Assembly: GCF_009914755.1 (NCBI RefSeq)
Contig: NC_060927.1
DNA: 64,000 bases
Origin: the human T2T-CHM13v2.0 reference genome, Homo sapiens
Strand: one strand, 5' to 3'
The notes beneath the pieces were generated by a model. The model made no database searches, was not told the origin of the DNA, and was given only the letters and a program-made list of their open reading frames with translations. Below, piece by piece: positions 14,613-28,033 of this stretch (the first letter of the stretch is position 1; each line of letters begins with the position of its first letter). Made by a program: the position numbers and the translations under genes.

Positions 14613-14744
14613 GCTGGAAATGTAAATGGAACAGTGTCTTGGAGAAAAATGGGCAAAATGTGGAATGAATGGTTCTTTGCTTCCCTATTTTATTTTTTCG
14701 TGTCATCATACTGACAGAAGCAACTAAGGAAAGTAAAAGCAATG
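14613..14744 (+). pseudogene. Pseudo-exon (WKCKWNSVLEKNGQNVE*MVLCFPILFFRVIILTEATKESKSN)
   Basis: ctccAG / ATG|GTATGA; phase 1-1, one TGA; joins 14853 exon in frame. Confidence 0.55.
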
Positions 14745-14852
14745 GTATGAAGTTTTATTTTATAATATATTAAAGAAGATGAGTGCCTTTGGACTGAAAA
14801 TGAATATAATATATACAAAGTTTGCCTGGAAGCAATTTTTTTTTCCTCATAG

Positions 14853-15255
14853 ACAGTTATAATAAGTTTGTTCTGGAGGCTTATGGGTTTTATAATGGAA
14901 ATGCTGAACCAAACTTAACAGAGGCATCATGTGAGAGCGTGGATATAATAACAGCTCTGAAACCTCCAGAACAAGAGGACGATGAGATCCTCTGTGAGTA
15001 GGAGGAAAAGACTGAGATGTACATAAAAAACGCATGCCAAAAAAAGAACAAATATGTGTTTTCAGTATTGCAGCCCAACATTTTGAATTATTTGGGGAAT
15101 GATTTGGGTGGCTGTCTTCACAATGGAGTTAATTGGTTTCTTATTTTAGCCACTGCATTGGTTCAACTTCACCCTGTTCCATTCTAAAAATGCATCAGCA
15201 TATCAGTCAGCTGCAGGGCACTTGACTCAGTGTGCGTGCCTGCTATGAGATTAGG
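14853..15255 (+). pseudogene. Large pseudo-exon (SYNKFVLEAYGFYNGNAEPNLTEASCESVDIITALKPPEQEDDEILCE*EEKTEMYIKNACQKKNKYVFSVLQPNILNYLGNDLGGCLHNGVNWFLILATALVQLHPVPF*...)
   Basis: T-tract cctcatAG acceptor, AGG|GTAAGT donor; 2 stops in 133 codons (14999, 15185). Confidence 0.7.
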
Positions 15256-15976
15256 GTAAGTGTATTGGAACTTTAGAACTCAGATTCTGAAAGTTCACAA
15301 TGATAGGTGATCTCAACAAGCAAAGCAAACCAGATCAAGTTCCAATGAGGGTGAATCTCTACCACCCCTCACAACATTATTTGTATTTTAAATCAATCTA
15401 TTTGGCCTTGGGTCTCTTTGAGTATGTTACACTTTGAGTGTTTATCCACAACTATCTTATAAAGTTTTGTTGTTGAATTTCCTATGTATTAGACCATCAA
15501 ATAAAATGGTGATACTTTAGTTGTGAAGACAATTAAAAACAGAATATAATAAAACCAAAGAGTATCAGAACCATCTTTCTTCCTATTAACTTGCACAACT
15601 GCACGTGTGTCAGCAATCACAGATTAAGGAAGCAATTAGTCTGAACAGGAAAAACGTGAAGCTGATACTTAATATACTAACAGACTGTGAGCTTGAGAGC
15701 CTCTATTTTTGGTATGGTTGCAAGCATCATTGCAAAGATCAGTTCTATCATATCTCATCATGCTAATTGAATTTAAAAAGCCAATACTGGTAAATTGCAC
15801 CCCTATGTCACAAATTTGCATTCTAGAGATTTATGGACCCTAGAGTTAACTGACATAATGATTTATATCACCTGTGATTAAAAATTGAATGGCTTTGTCT
15901 TGATGTTGTTTCTAAGGAATTAGACTCCTAAAACAAGAAATTGTCAAGGAGTAGCATTTAGTGCTTTTCTTCACAG

Positions 15977-16032
15977 ACCACTTCTACAGTGCTTAGGGAC
16001 ATGTTTATGAACAAGCGATGCCAAGGGGAAAG
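15977..16032 (+). pseudogene. Pseudo-exon (TTSTVLRDMFMNKRCQGE)
   Basis: cttttcttcacAG / AAG|GTAAAA; fits if a 1-nt frameshift lies near 15185. Confidence 0.45.
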
Positions 16033-16660
16033 GTAAAAGTGGAATGTCAATTGTATGTACTGAAATAAAGTTCATAGAGCTGTTGAATGTAAGCAAATAG
16101 GGGAGGAAAATTAAGGCAATTTTCTTTCCAAGAGCAACTGTTTTTTCCTCTGCTTCAATCTTCCATTCTCTTTTGGTCCACTGACTCCTCACTTCCCACC
16201 CCCATCACACACATGTGCACACACATATAGACCCACACACACATACACACTTGTATTTAATGAAAATCTTTAGAAATGGATAGAAATTACGTTCTTCAGA
16301 TACTTTCTCAGTTCCCATGCTCAGTAGCAATCAGTGCTTCCAAAATATCTTAAATTTCTAAAGTAGACTCTGAGCAGATAAAAAAACATCAGAATAAACA
16401 GGTATTTGTGAAATTACTGATAAAATGCAAGGATTTAAATCTTCTTTATAAGTTATAATAAACAAATGCAATAGTACTTCTAAAAAATTCTGTTTACTTA
16501 CTGGTCATTTCACCCAAGGTAGGAACCATTGACTTACTTTTATAAAATAATCACTTTTTCATTCACCTGGAGTGGTAAAAAATGGTTTTTAATTAATCAG
16601 CACAATTGTCAATCTTTCAGAAAGAAAATAAACCTGGATTTTATTTCACATTAAAAACTA

Positions 16661-17004
<344 letters not shown>

Positions 17005-17149
17005 CTAAACTATAGATGCACTAAATATTTAAATTTAAAAAACTATATAAATTATACATACTACAAATACACATATATAAAAATCTATGTATAATCCAGC
17101 AGTTCGGATGGATTGTGTAATAAAGACAAAATTCCCTGCTATAAAAACA

Positions 17150-17900
17150 AAAATCCCAACTAAAACAAATAAAAAAACTACATTTGACTATATAAATGTT
17201 TACAAAAAATATTTCTATGGTAAAATATAATACACACAAAGTTGATAGCAAATGATTGAGAGAAATATTCACAATGCTTATGAGAGATCAACAATTATAG
17301 AATAAAATGAGCTACTAGTTATGAATTGATATGAAAATGACAAAAAGAAACAATAGAAAAATGAACAAAGTGCATGAATAGGTAGTTCACAAAAGAATAA
17401 ATTCAGCGAGCCAATAAGCATACTGACAGCAGCTCAGTCTCACTGGTAATCGGGAAATGCTTGCTTTAAAAAATGACACACACCTTACACTTAGAAATAA
17501 AAATTATAAGAAGGAATAACACTTCTTGTAGGGGTCATAGAATAAAAGATAGGCTCACATTTTGTTCATAGAAATGATATTTTTTAAAGCTTTCTTAGAA
17601 AGAAATCTGGCAACAGCTATTAAAATTTAAAATGTACACACTCTTCAACTCAGCATAGCCTCAGCTGGGAATCTATTCTATGGAAAAAGAAAACACTAGC
17701 TCATATGAAAACTGAAAACAAAGTGGATGTCCATCAAAAGGAGAATGTTTGAATAAATTAGTGTTAATCCATAACATGCAATAATTTAGCTAGGGAAAAT
17801 GTAAAATTTTCTCTGGGGCAGTTGACTTAGGAGACATTTTCAAGATGTAGTATTAAATGATATAAACAGAAGACTGATAAGCACATAGACTCCAATCATT
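17150..17900 (+). mobile_element. Old L1M (L1ME-like) ORF2 3' fragment
   Basis: Decayed L1 3' motifs (tcactggtaatcgggaaatgc; atgtccatcaaaaggagaatg). Confidence 0.65.
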
Positions 17901-18227
17901 CTAAGTAAAACAAACAATAACAACCTCTTCTGCATGATTTGAGAATAAAAAGGAAGAAAAAAATAGAAAAAAGGGAAAATTTAAAAAATAAAAATAAGAA
18001 ACTTTTTATTGTTATGTATTCATAATTATAAGTTATGAAAGGACACCCACCAGATTGTCAATACTGGTTGTACAGGTAAAGGGGGAAGAGAAGACAAGCA
18101 AAAGTGTACAAGAAAATGGAAAGAAGTCAATAATAAAAACAGTGTTTGCTATCATCTCGATTATGCAAATATTTACCAACATTTTGCTTGTGGAAATTTC
18201 AAAGCGGTGACATTTCAGGGGATTTAT

Positions 18228-18522
18228 TTTTAGTTTTATTTTTTGAGACAGAGTCTCCCTCTGTCACCCAGGCTGGAGCAGTGGCATAATCTCGGATCAC
18301 GGCAACCTCTGCCACTTGGGCTCAAGAGATTCTCATGCCTCAGCCTCCCAAATAGCTGGAATTACAGGTGCCTGTCAAACACCCAGCTAATTCTTGTATT
18401 TTTAGTAGAGAAGGGGTTTCACCATGTTGCCCAGCTGGCCTCAAACTCCTGGCCTCCAGTGATCTGCCTGCCTCAGCCTCCCAAAGTGCTGGTATTGCTG
18501 GCATGAGACACCATGCCTGGCC
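18228..18522 (-). mobile_element. Alu (Jb/Sz-like)
   Basis: Alu dimer, TSD tttcagg(g/a)gatttat. Confidence 0.92.
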
Positions 18523-18989
18523 AATTTTCAGGAGATTTATATCCTATAGTTATAGCTGAGAACCTAACTTTGGGAATAAGATGGGTCAAGTAACTATAAA
18601 TAGTTCCGAGCTACCTAAAAGAAGATTTGAATACTGTGGGAATTTTGTTTTTCCCTACAAATAAGATTACTGAGGCATTCCCTCTCTTTCCCATTTAGAG
18701 AACAGGTTTTCCCCAACTCTTCAATTAAGTGTCTATGCTTCAATCCTCCACAGTATAAGGGAATTGGGAACTCATAAAAAATCTTAAATGAGAATCCTGC
18801 TAGGGCAGTCTCTGCAGGAAAGGCTGTGCTGTGTTGGAAACGGCTCCTGGAGTTTGGTGGAGAAAGGATGCCTACATGTTTCTGGTGGGTAAGACGTAGA
18901 TTCCACTTAAGGGATCCAGACTGGGGTCATCTGGAAGAGTGCTTTGTGCAAGAGTTCCACCCAGATGATTAACTGAGCCCAAAGGAGGG

Positions 18990-19352
18990 TGCTGCAGATG
19001 ATAATTGCATTCCCCTAAAATTCATACATTGAAATCCTAACCTCTAGTGTGATGATATTAGGAAGTGAGGCTTTGTGAGGTGATTAGGTCATGAAGGTGG
19101 AGCCCTCATGAATGTAATTAGTATCCTTATAAAAGAGACCTGAGAGAGCTCCCTCATTCTTTGTATTATGTGAGGATACCAGGAGAGGGCACCATCTATG
19201 AATTAATGATCCAGCCCTCACGAGACACTGAATCTTCTGGCACCTTGATTTTGCACTTCCCAGCCTAGAGAACTGTTGACAAATATATGTTTGTTGTGAA
19301 AGTCACCCAGTCTATAGTATGTTTGTTATAGAAGCCTCAATGGACTAAGACA
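18990..19352 (+). mobile_element. MLT1A-type MaLR solo LTR
   Basis: TG...gactaagaCA, 5-bp TSD gaggg. Confidence 0.88.
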
Positions 19353-19910
19353 GAGGGTGTCTGAATGGCACATGCTAGTGAAGGCTAGTCTCAGGGGGCA
19401 TATTTCTAATTGATGACCAGAGGAGGCATTGCCCACATCATGAAGTAGTTTCAGCATCAAGTGTCTTTCTACAACCATCAAAAGTGTTGCTTGAGAGAAA
19501 GAAGTCAGATTGAACATCTGTCACAGCAAGAGAGTAATCATGTCAAATTGCAACTATGCTAGTCATGTGAGACTTTTTTCTCTTACCTTCCTCTCTTCCC
19601 AACAACTCCTCCTCACTACTGTTCCACCACACTCACCTGCAACTCTGTACAGAAACAATGTAAGAAAAATGGACAAAACCCACTCCCTCTCCCACAGCAG
19701 ACTTCCAAGCCTGAGCCTGGAAGAGAGAAGCCTTAAATTGAATGAGATGCTGAAATGCTGTTAGTAGACTGCACTACAAAGTTCTTCTCTGAATATGGAA
19801 ATCATTTATTAATTCATGCAAATGTCCAAGAAAATTATAGGCCCCACTTGAAATCTCATTCAGAGATAGGGGAAAACAAGTCAAACAGGGAGATTTAAAG
19901 AAGTGCTAAC

Positions 19911-20211
<301 letters not shown>

Positions 20212-20639
20212 CTAACAATGCTGTTTGTACTTCACTGAGTCTGGCTCTTTGAATGAATTAACTGAGTTCATTCAATGAGTTAAGTACAGGTCTGCTTTTA
20301 TGGGTGGTTAAAGAGTATTTAAATGATTATGCATTTTTTATAATCAGATAAAGAAATCTAAACTGTTTCCTTTGTGAAAAGAGAATTACATTCAGCACTT
20401 CAAAATACAAAAAAAAAAAAAAAAAAAACAAATTGTAACATTGGAGTAGCTCTGACTGAGGGCCCCATCCACAGGGCCTCTTCCTCAGCACCGATCCTCA
20501 CTCCATTCCCACTTAGTATCGTCTTCACCCCCTCTCCCCATCTTTAAACAGTTAGGCTCCTTCACAGAACCTGAGGGATTTGTGGTGCACAGTGTGAGCA
20601 TCACTGATTTAGAGCATGCATAGCAGGTGGTTTCTAAGA

Positions 20640-20850
20640 GATAATAATAATAATAAAAAGGTTTTTAGAGTACCTACCATGTGTCTGTCACTTCACATGT
20701 TATCTCTTTAATCTTCATAATAACCCTTTGATAAATTCCAATACTACTCTTAGAAGCTGAAACTTATAGTAATTAACTCAAGGTTACCTGGTAAAAGAAT
20801 TGAGGAGTGAGTCTAGGTTTGTCTGATTTTTGATGCTTCTGATTTTTACA
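20640..20850 (-). mobile_element. MIR
   Basis: tacctaccatgtg...tttaatcttcataataaccct core. Confidence 0.65.
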
Positions 20851-20988
20851 TGATGATACTATACCACACAGTGTGGATAGGTAAAATTGAGTTACTGAAG
20901 TCTACTGAAAATAGATTTCCAGAAATCCACTGCCCTTTGTCAATGAGGGAGAACATGAAGAGTCCTGAAAGAAGACAGAGTCACATAA

Positions 20989-21361
<373 letters not shown>

Positions 21362-21524
21362 TAAGACTCACCTTTTTAGTAATCTAAGAGGAACTGAATG
21401 ATCTGATGAGGTCTGGGAGATATAAAGAATTTGGTCCATTGCCTTGTTATATGTCTGGGAATTATTCCTTATATAAGGATAAAATTGGTATTCTTTTACC
21501 CAATGCTGTTAAGATAATGAATAA

Positions 21525-21802
21525 GGCCGGGCGCGGTGGCTCACACCTGTAATCCCAGCACTTTGGGAGGCCGAGGCAGGCGGATCACGAGGGCAGGAGA
21601 TCGAGACCATCCTGTCTAATGCGGTGAAACCCCGTCTCTACTAAAAATACAAAAAAATTAGGCTGGCCTCGTGGCGGGTGCCTGTAGTCCCAGCTACTCA
21701 GGAGGTTGAGGCAGGAGAATGTCCTGAACCCAAGAGGCGGAGCTTGCAGTGAGCCGAGATTGCACCACTGCACTCCAGCCTGGGGACACAGAACTCTCAA
21801 AA
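21525..21802 (+). mobile_element. AluY-like with eroded tail
   Basis: gagatcgagaccatcctg, gcggagcttgcag diagnostics. Confidence 0.92.
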
Positions 21803-21949
21803 TGGAAGGTAGTTATGAATCATTCCTTCACTCAGTCAGTCATCAAATATTTGCTGAGTCCCCACTATGTTCCAGGTACTAGTGCAGAAGAGACAATATA
21901 ATGAAAAGCAAAATCAACAAAAGTTATGACCTCCCAGATCTTACAATGT

Positions 21950-22790
21950 ACAGGTAGAATATCCCTTATCCAAAAGGCTTTGGACCGGGTGTGTTTCACA
22001 TTTCTGATTTTTTCTGATTTTGGAATATTTGCATTCACATAAGGAGATATCTTGGGGATGGGACCCAAGTCTAAACACAACACTCATTTATGCTTCATAT
22101 ATTCCTTATACACATAGACTGAAGGTAATTTTATACAATTTAAGAAATAATTTGTGTAAAATACAAAGTTTGCATAGATTGAACCATCAGAAAGCAAAAG
22201 AATGGCTATCTCAAGCACCGTGTAAATACTTCCTACTTTTTTTTTTTTTTTTTCTTGGGACCGAGTCTCCAACTCAGCCTCTTGAGTACTACAGGTGCCC
22301 ATAACCATGCCCAGTTTACCATCCTCTTTCTTTCCACTGCTAGCCATGGGAATATTTACAGGAATTTTTTTGGTGACATTTTCCAGCAATATCTTTATAC
22401 CATAGAACAGAGAATGAGAGAAAAAAAAAAGCATACGGAGTAATGCATGTAGGCCTTGGCCCCATGTAGAGCAACATGTAGAGCAACCTGCTGTTGGTGC
22501 ATCTGGCCTGCACACATGCCATTTTATTACCCTTTGTGGGCATGCTTGTGTGGGGAAATATGGGCTTGTGTGGAAAAGATATATCACAGATGAAGAGGGC
22601 TGGGAGGGTCTTTTTTTCCTTGGATATGTTAAATAAACTGTGTGTATTGCATCCATGTTTTGACTGCCACCTCTCACATGAGGTCAGGTGTGGAATTTTC
22701 CACTTGTGACGTCAGGTCAGCACTCAAAAAGTTTTGGATTTTGGAGCATTTTGGATTTGAAGATTTTTGAAATTAGGAATGCCCAAGCTT
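21950..22790. mobile_element. Tigger4/MER46 (Zombi) DNA transposon deletion derivative inside an L2
   Basis: TA-caggtagaatatcccttatcc left end, matching degenerate right end; L2 sequence on both sides (21825-21950, 22790-23080). Confidence 0.75.
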
Positions 22791-23249
22791 TGAGCAGGTA
22801 TTGTAGAAATGACATTAATAAACAAATAAGAATATATTTATAATATCATGTCAGATAATACATATTTTGAAGAAATATAAAGTAGGCTGTGTGTACAGCA
22901 CAATGGGAGCTGTTACTTTAAAAACTTCTAAGATGACATTCAAAACCTGAATAAATCTTGTAGCTCTATGTGGAAAAGTGTGTTTCAAGCAGAAGGATGA
23001 GCAGGTACAAAAACCTTGGGAAGAGATATGCTTGTTATTCTACAGGAGAAACAAGGAGGCCAGAGATGAACTACTTTAAGGGTGTCAGAATAAAGTTAAA
23101 GATGCAGACTAGATAGATTTTGTATTATTATGTGACAATATTTTGTTTCATCTTAACACTCTCTCGTATATCTTTTAAACACACTGAGGATAGGAGAATA
23201 ACTTCTCATGGTAACCCTAAACAAGATGAAAGAAAACTAAAAAGGTATG

Positions 23250-23630
23250 GGCTGAACCCCATTATCACCACTCGGTCTGAAGGGCCAGGGCAATGAGTAC
23301 CTTACTGGAACCCCAAAAAGAGCTGGAGCTGGAGCTATAGCTATGGGGACCAGTCAGAAGCTGCAGCTTGTCATTGGGCATCGGAGACACTGCCAACCCT
23401 CAACCCCAGTGATGGAGCTGGGAAAATAACCCAGATCTCTCTCTTCACTCTCCCTTCAGTCTCCTGTTCTCTTCATTGGCCAAACCCAATTAGGGGTCAG
23501 AGTGGCCCAAGGGACCCAGATGAAACAATATATAGGGATCCACTTCCTGGTGCCCAAAGCAGGGCGGAAAATGATAGAAAGAAAATCTGGTAGGTCAAAG
23601 AATATCTGGGTCAGAGAGAATACCTAGTAC
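23250..23630 (-). mobile_element. LTR33-like ERVL LTR
   Basis: tctcctg...cattggccaaaccc...agcagggcggaa motif. Confidence 0.65.
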
Positions 23631-24529
23631 ATTTACATTTTATAAATGAATTTATTAACTAATATTTTTGTATGCCTACCTAACCCCGTGTTAAGTGCAA
23701 TGGGGTATTTCAAATGTAAAAAGCAATATTGGTCCTCAATGAACCTAGTTTTTGGAAAGAGTTAGATATGATACCAATGTAGAGTTAAAAAGTTAAAGTT
23801 CAAACCTTGGAGTTATGGTGTAAATTTGGGTAACTAAATTAAAACATTTCGGAATTGACTTTCTCATCTATGAAAGAACAGAAATGGTACTTTCCTCATT
23901 GGACTATGTTGAAGATTAAATGAGTGGATTCACGTAAACCATTTAGGACAGCTCTTGGCACACTCTAAGCACTTAATAAGTTGGCTATTAGAATTATTGG
24001 CCAAGCCTGATATAAAAGCCAAAGCCCTACAACTGTTCCCTCCCTAGTGGAGGGAGGATAACTCTGGAGGGGACTAAATGAGACATTTCTAAGGTCTATA
24101 CTAGGTATTAGGATTTCATGACAGTTCCTCAAGGTCACAGTACAGGTATAGGCACTGTCAGAAATGCTGCCTATTTCCTACATGAATTTAACCAACCAAG
24201 CAGACTTCCTCCCTCCTTCGAGTCTATAAACTCTATAAAGCAACCCTACTCAGTATGGACATAAATGAAATATTGCATCAACTATTTAAATGTTCTAAAA
24301 AGCATATATTAAGGAAGATGGTATTGATGATCTAAAATACTTACTGGCACTTGAATCCAATGTAGTAAAGGCATTTTATAAATCAGCCGACAGCCCTTGG
24401 GTACTGAATCTAAATTTTGAGTTTGTGAGCCATATATCACAGATGTCTTTTTGCAGGCTATGCTTTCCCCCTTGGAAAGCTATTTATTATTTTTATCAAT
24501 ATTAATGTAATTGCCATTTTTTTTTTTAG

Positions 24530-24638
24530 ATGAAGTATGTGCGTCTATCCGTATCTGACTTGGACAAGTTTTTCTCAGATCAATGAGAAGCATACTGCTG
24601 GCTTTTCCTTTCTCTGTAAAATGTTGGAATGTTTATCG
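24530..24638 (+). pseudogene. Pseudo-exon (*SMCVYPYLTWTSFSQINEKHTAGFSFLCKMLECLS)
   Basis: Poly-T AG acceptor; donor mutated TCG|CTAAGT; phase 2 to 0. Confidence 0.6.
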
Positions 24639-24814
24639 CTAAGTTTTTTTTTTTTTTAAACCAAGTGTCACTAAGTAGTTGTAATTTTAATTTATTTTAT
24701 ACTTTGGCTAATGGACATTTCTAATCAATAAAATACTAGGAATTTTCCCTTTGCAAGACAGAAATCAGCTATTAACTAAAATGGCAAAGTAAATTACCCC
24801 CTATCCCCTTACAG

Positions 24815-24872
24815 CACATGAGACTTTTGGAGAACTTATTTTTCTCCTGTGGTTGTGCCATGCACAGGTGCG
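24815..24872 (+). pseudogene. Pseudo-exon (HMRLLENLFFSCGCAMHRC)
   Basis: ccccttacAG / GCG|GTAAGA; open, phase 0 to 1. Confidence 0.65.
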
Positions 24873-25074
24873 GTAAGAAAGAACAGGTAGCACCTCTTTC
24901 TCATGTCATCATTTCTTTATTAAGTAACAGTGATATTTTATTAAAATATTAAGGGTTGAAAGGAAGCTCAGAAAATGCTGAGAGAAAATCTTGCCTTTTG
25001 TAAATAAGAATATGTGGAAATTCAACTTGGTAACCTTAGTTTGACTAGCTTTTAAAATTTTCTCTGTTGCTAAG

Positions 25075-25505
25075 GGAACTTAATGATAGATATAAAAATG
25101 TCCTTAAAGCAAGTTCTTCGAACAAGCTTTTGCACAACCGTCATCACAGCATTTATAAGCGGCAACCCCATCAATATGGAAGAGAGAAAAGCTAGAAGTG
25201 AAAATTGCATCATCCCTCCTATATCAGACAAGTTAATTAGTTGGTCCATAATCACAGACTCTGCTCCAAATGAAAAGCACAGCTTTGTTCCTTTTGAACA
25301 GAAAGGCACAGAAGGTACAATACCCACATAATTCATTAACAGTAATACTGTTTTGAAGGAAGAACTGCTGAATTTAGATTATTCTGAACTCCAACTCGTA
25401 ATAGCCAAAGTTGTGATAAGAATTTTGCAGTTTCCCAAAACAAATTTAAAATGTGAGAAATTCCTTTTGTGCCTATCAGAAGCAACCTTAAGAGTCTGGC
25501 AGATT
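25075..25505 (+). pseudogene. Large pseudo-exon (GNLMIDIKMSLKQVLRTSF...EGTIPT*FINSNTVLKEELLNLDYSELQLVIAKVVIRILQFPKTNLKCEKFLLCLSEATLRVWQI)
   Basis: tttctctgttgctaAG acceptor; 1 stop in 143 codons; contains ORF 25083..25331. Confidence 0.7.
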
Positions 25506-26593
25506 GTATAAGATGCTTTTTATTTTATTTATTTATTTTTTATTTTAAAGATATTAGGATACTATTTGGGGTACAGTATAAGCTATGGAGCCTTGTTATT
25601 GAAGAACCAGTTAAGCATGTCAGATCCAAAGTAGCTCCTAAAACAACTTGAAAAATGGGAAATTTGGGATCTAAGTTCCGGATTGTAATGTTTTAACCAT
25701 CTATTTAGAATAATTTAAAGAATGTATCTGTATATTAGTGTCTACGGTTCTAGAAGTTTCAATGATTAGAGAAAAAGGGCTTGAAGGTCATGAAGCCTGT
25801 TACAGGTGGAAAGGAAATGCTGACTGATTAGAGAGTCAGGAAGCTGGAAGGCTAAAACAAGAGAGTGAACTAGAATAGGCTGCTAGTTCACCGCTAACTC
25901 TCTGCCCCCTCAAATCTACCTGGAGAAACTGCAGAAGCAGAGAGAAGCCTGAGTCTGGAAGAGGCATAGGGGGCTGCCTGGTCAAACCACAGCTCTCGGA
26001 AGACAGTGGGGACAGAGGCTTTCAGTTATCTTGCCTCTGACTCGTTGGTCCATCACTTCGGGACTGTTCTTACCTCACAATTGTCACAGAATTCTGTAGC
26101 AATAGCCTGGACCTCGAAATGCCAGGAAGGTAATATTTGGGTCTGCAAAGTCTCTGCTAGTGTGGGACACTAATAAAACAGATGCCAGCTATCAGGGATC
26201 TTATAAATTCTCTTCAAATGCTAGAGCTAATAGATTTTGTTTTAAAAAGACTGCACCATCTTGAAAAATATGATTCAGGAGATTTGTTGGTGGAGTGGCA
26301 CAGACGTAATGGGGACAGGTTTTGGTACTTCAAGGCTCCCCATTTAGTCTCATCCTCTTTGTGATTAAACTCAAAAGCGGAAATACAGTGTAGGCTCTTC
26401 CCTAATTTATATTATCAGGTAGTGTCATGAGCTCATGGGGGATAAAACTTCTAGATACTAGGGACAATAATCTTTAAAAGGAAGGTGGCAAGCTAAAAAT
26501 AATATCATATGAAAGAGAATTATTGGAAAAGATGGACTAAGAATATAAAATAAGTTTAACCGAAATACTCTAAGGAAAAAGAAAGTTGGTAAT

Positions 26594-26885
26594 GGCTGAG
26601 TGCAGTGGCTCACACCTGTAATCCCAGCACTTTCGGAGGCCAAGGTGGATGGATCACCTGAGGTCTGGAGTTTGAGACCAGCCTGGCCAACATGGTAGAA
26701 CCCTGTCTCAACTAAAAATACAAAAAGTAGCCGGGCATAGTCGTGTGCGCCTGTAATCCCAGCTACTTGGGAGGCTGAGGCAGTAGAATCACTTGAACCC
26801 AGGAGGCTGAGGTTGCAGTGAGCTGAGATCACACCACTGTACTCCAGCCTTGGCAGCACAGTGAGACTCCATCTCAAAAAAAAAG
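26594..26885 (+). mobile_element. AluSx/Sz
   Basis: Full Alu dimer. Confidence 0.93.
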
Positions 26886-27936
26886 AAAAGTTAAAATGTG
26901 GAAGAAGTCATAAGAATGAATCAAGTGGAGATAGTAAGTATGAGAACTATAATAGTTAAAAAAAAAAAAAGATCTGAAGACCCAAAAGATTCAGCTGAAG
27001 AAAGAATTAGTTTGTCAGAAGATTATATTGAACACTTTCAGAAGATAACAGAAAAACATAAAATTAGAGAAAACATTACAATAAACTAAAAGACTTGGAA
27101 AATAGAAATAAAAAATGCGAACATCCAGTTACTTGGATTCTCAGAAAAAAGATTGTGGTGGTGGTGGTGGGCAGAAGGGGCAAAGAAAAGACATATTAAA
27201 AAAAATAAAGATTATTAATATCCCAGAAATAAAGAAAAATACCAGATCTCTTATTTGAAATGACACATAAGATAAACTTTTGGGACTAAAGTTTACTCAT
27301 CACTAAAATCGGGATAATAAAATGTCTATCTTAAAATATTATTGAGAGGATAAAATAAGTTAATATATGTAAAACCCCTAGAATAGTGCCTTGCACATAA
27401 TCACTTGTTAATTATTAGCTATTATTATTACTTAGACATATTACAATTAAATTCTAGAACAATGAAGAGAAATGGAAATGCTTCCAGAGAATGAGCATAC
27501 CTACCAAGGAAAAATATTTAGATTGATCCCAGGCTTCTTAACATTGTAATTACATTTGAAAACTAAGGACGTTAGATTCAATCAACCTTCAGAATATTGA
27601 CCATATAAAGAATCACTTTGAGAAACTCTTGAAGAATGTATTGAAATAAGAAGATGCATAAATATATAAGGAATATATGATGTTGGGCCCCACATTTTGA
27701 GGATATTATAATAATTTTTCAAAGCATGGATGAAGCAAAATATGTAAATTCTAAATAGCATCAACACTGTTTTGAAGCTGGGAGACAACAAAAGATGAAA
27801 ATGGTGTGAACTTGCAAAGTACAAATATTGCTATATTTAAGAAACCAATGAAAAATACGGGGAAACCAGTAAGTATAGATATTAAGTTAGAAGCAAGAAT
27901 AAAAATAGACAGTGAGAATTTTCATGTACTTCTTGT

Positions 27937-28033
27937 ATTCTAGTGCTTCATTAGTCAAATTATATAGGCACATATACTGTGGGATGCATTCTAGTGCTTA
28001 ATTAGTCAAATTATATAGGCACATATACTATGG
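27937..28033. repeat. Two-copy tandem duplication, period 51 bp
   Basis: attctagtgctt(c/a)attagtcaaattatataggcacatatact(g/a)tgg twice. Confidence 0.9.

Noticed and set aside
14625-14700. MEQCLGEKWAKCGMNGSLLPYF as a nucleotidyltransferase GS motif
   Set aside because: That frame does not splice in phase with the 14853 exon and runs into stops.
26073-26175. Possible minus-strand exon (GAG|GTAAGA donor)
   Set aside because: Single splice-site pair with no partner exons or coding signal; cannot be supported without RNA data.
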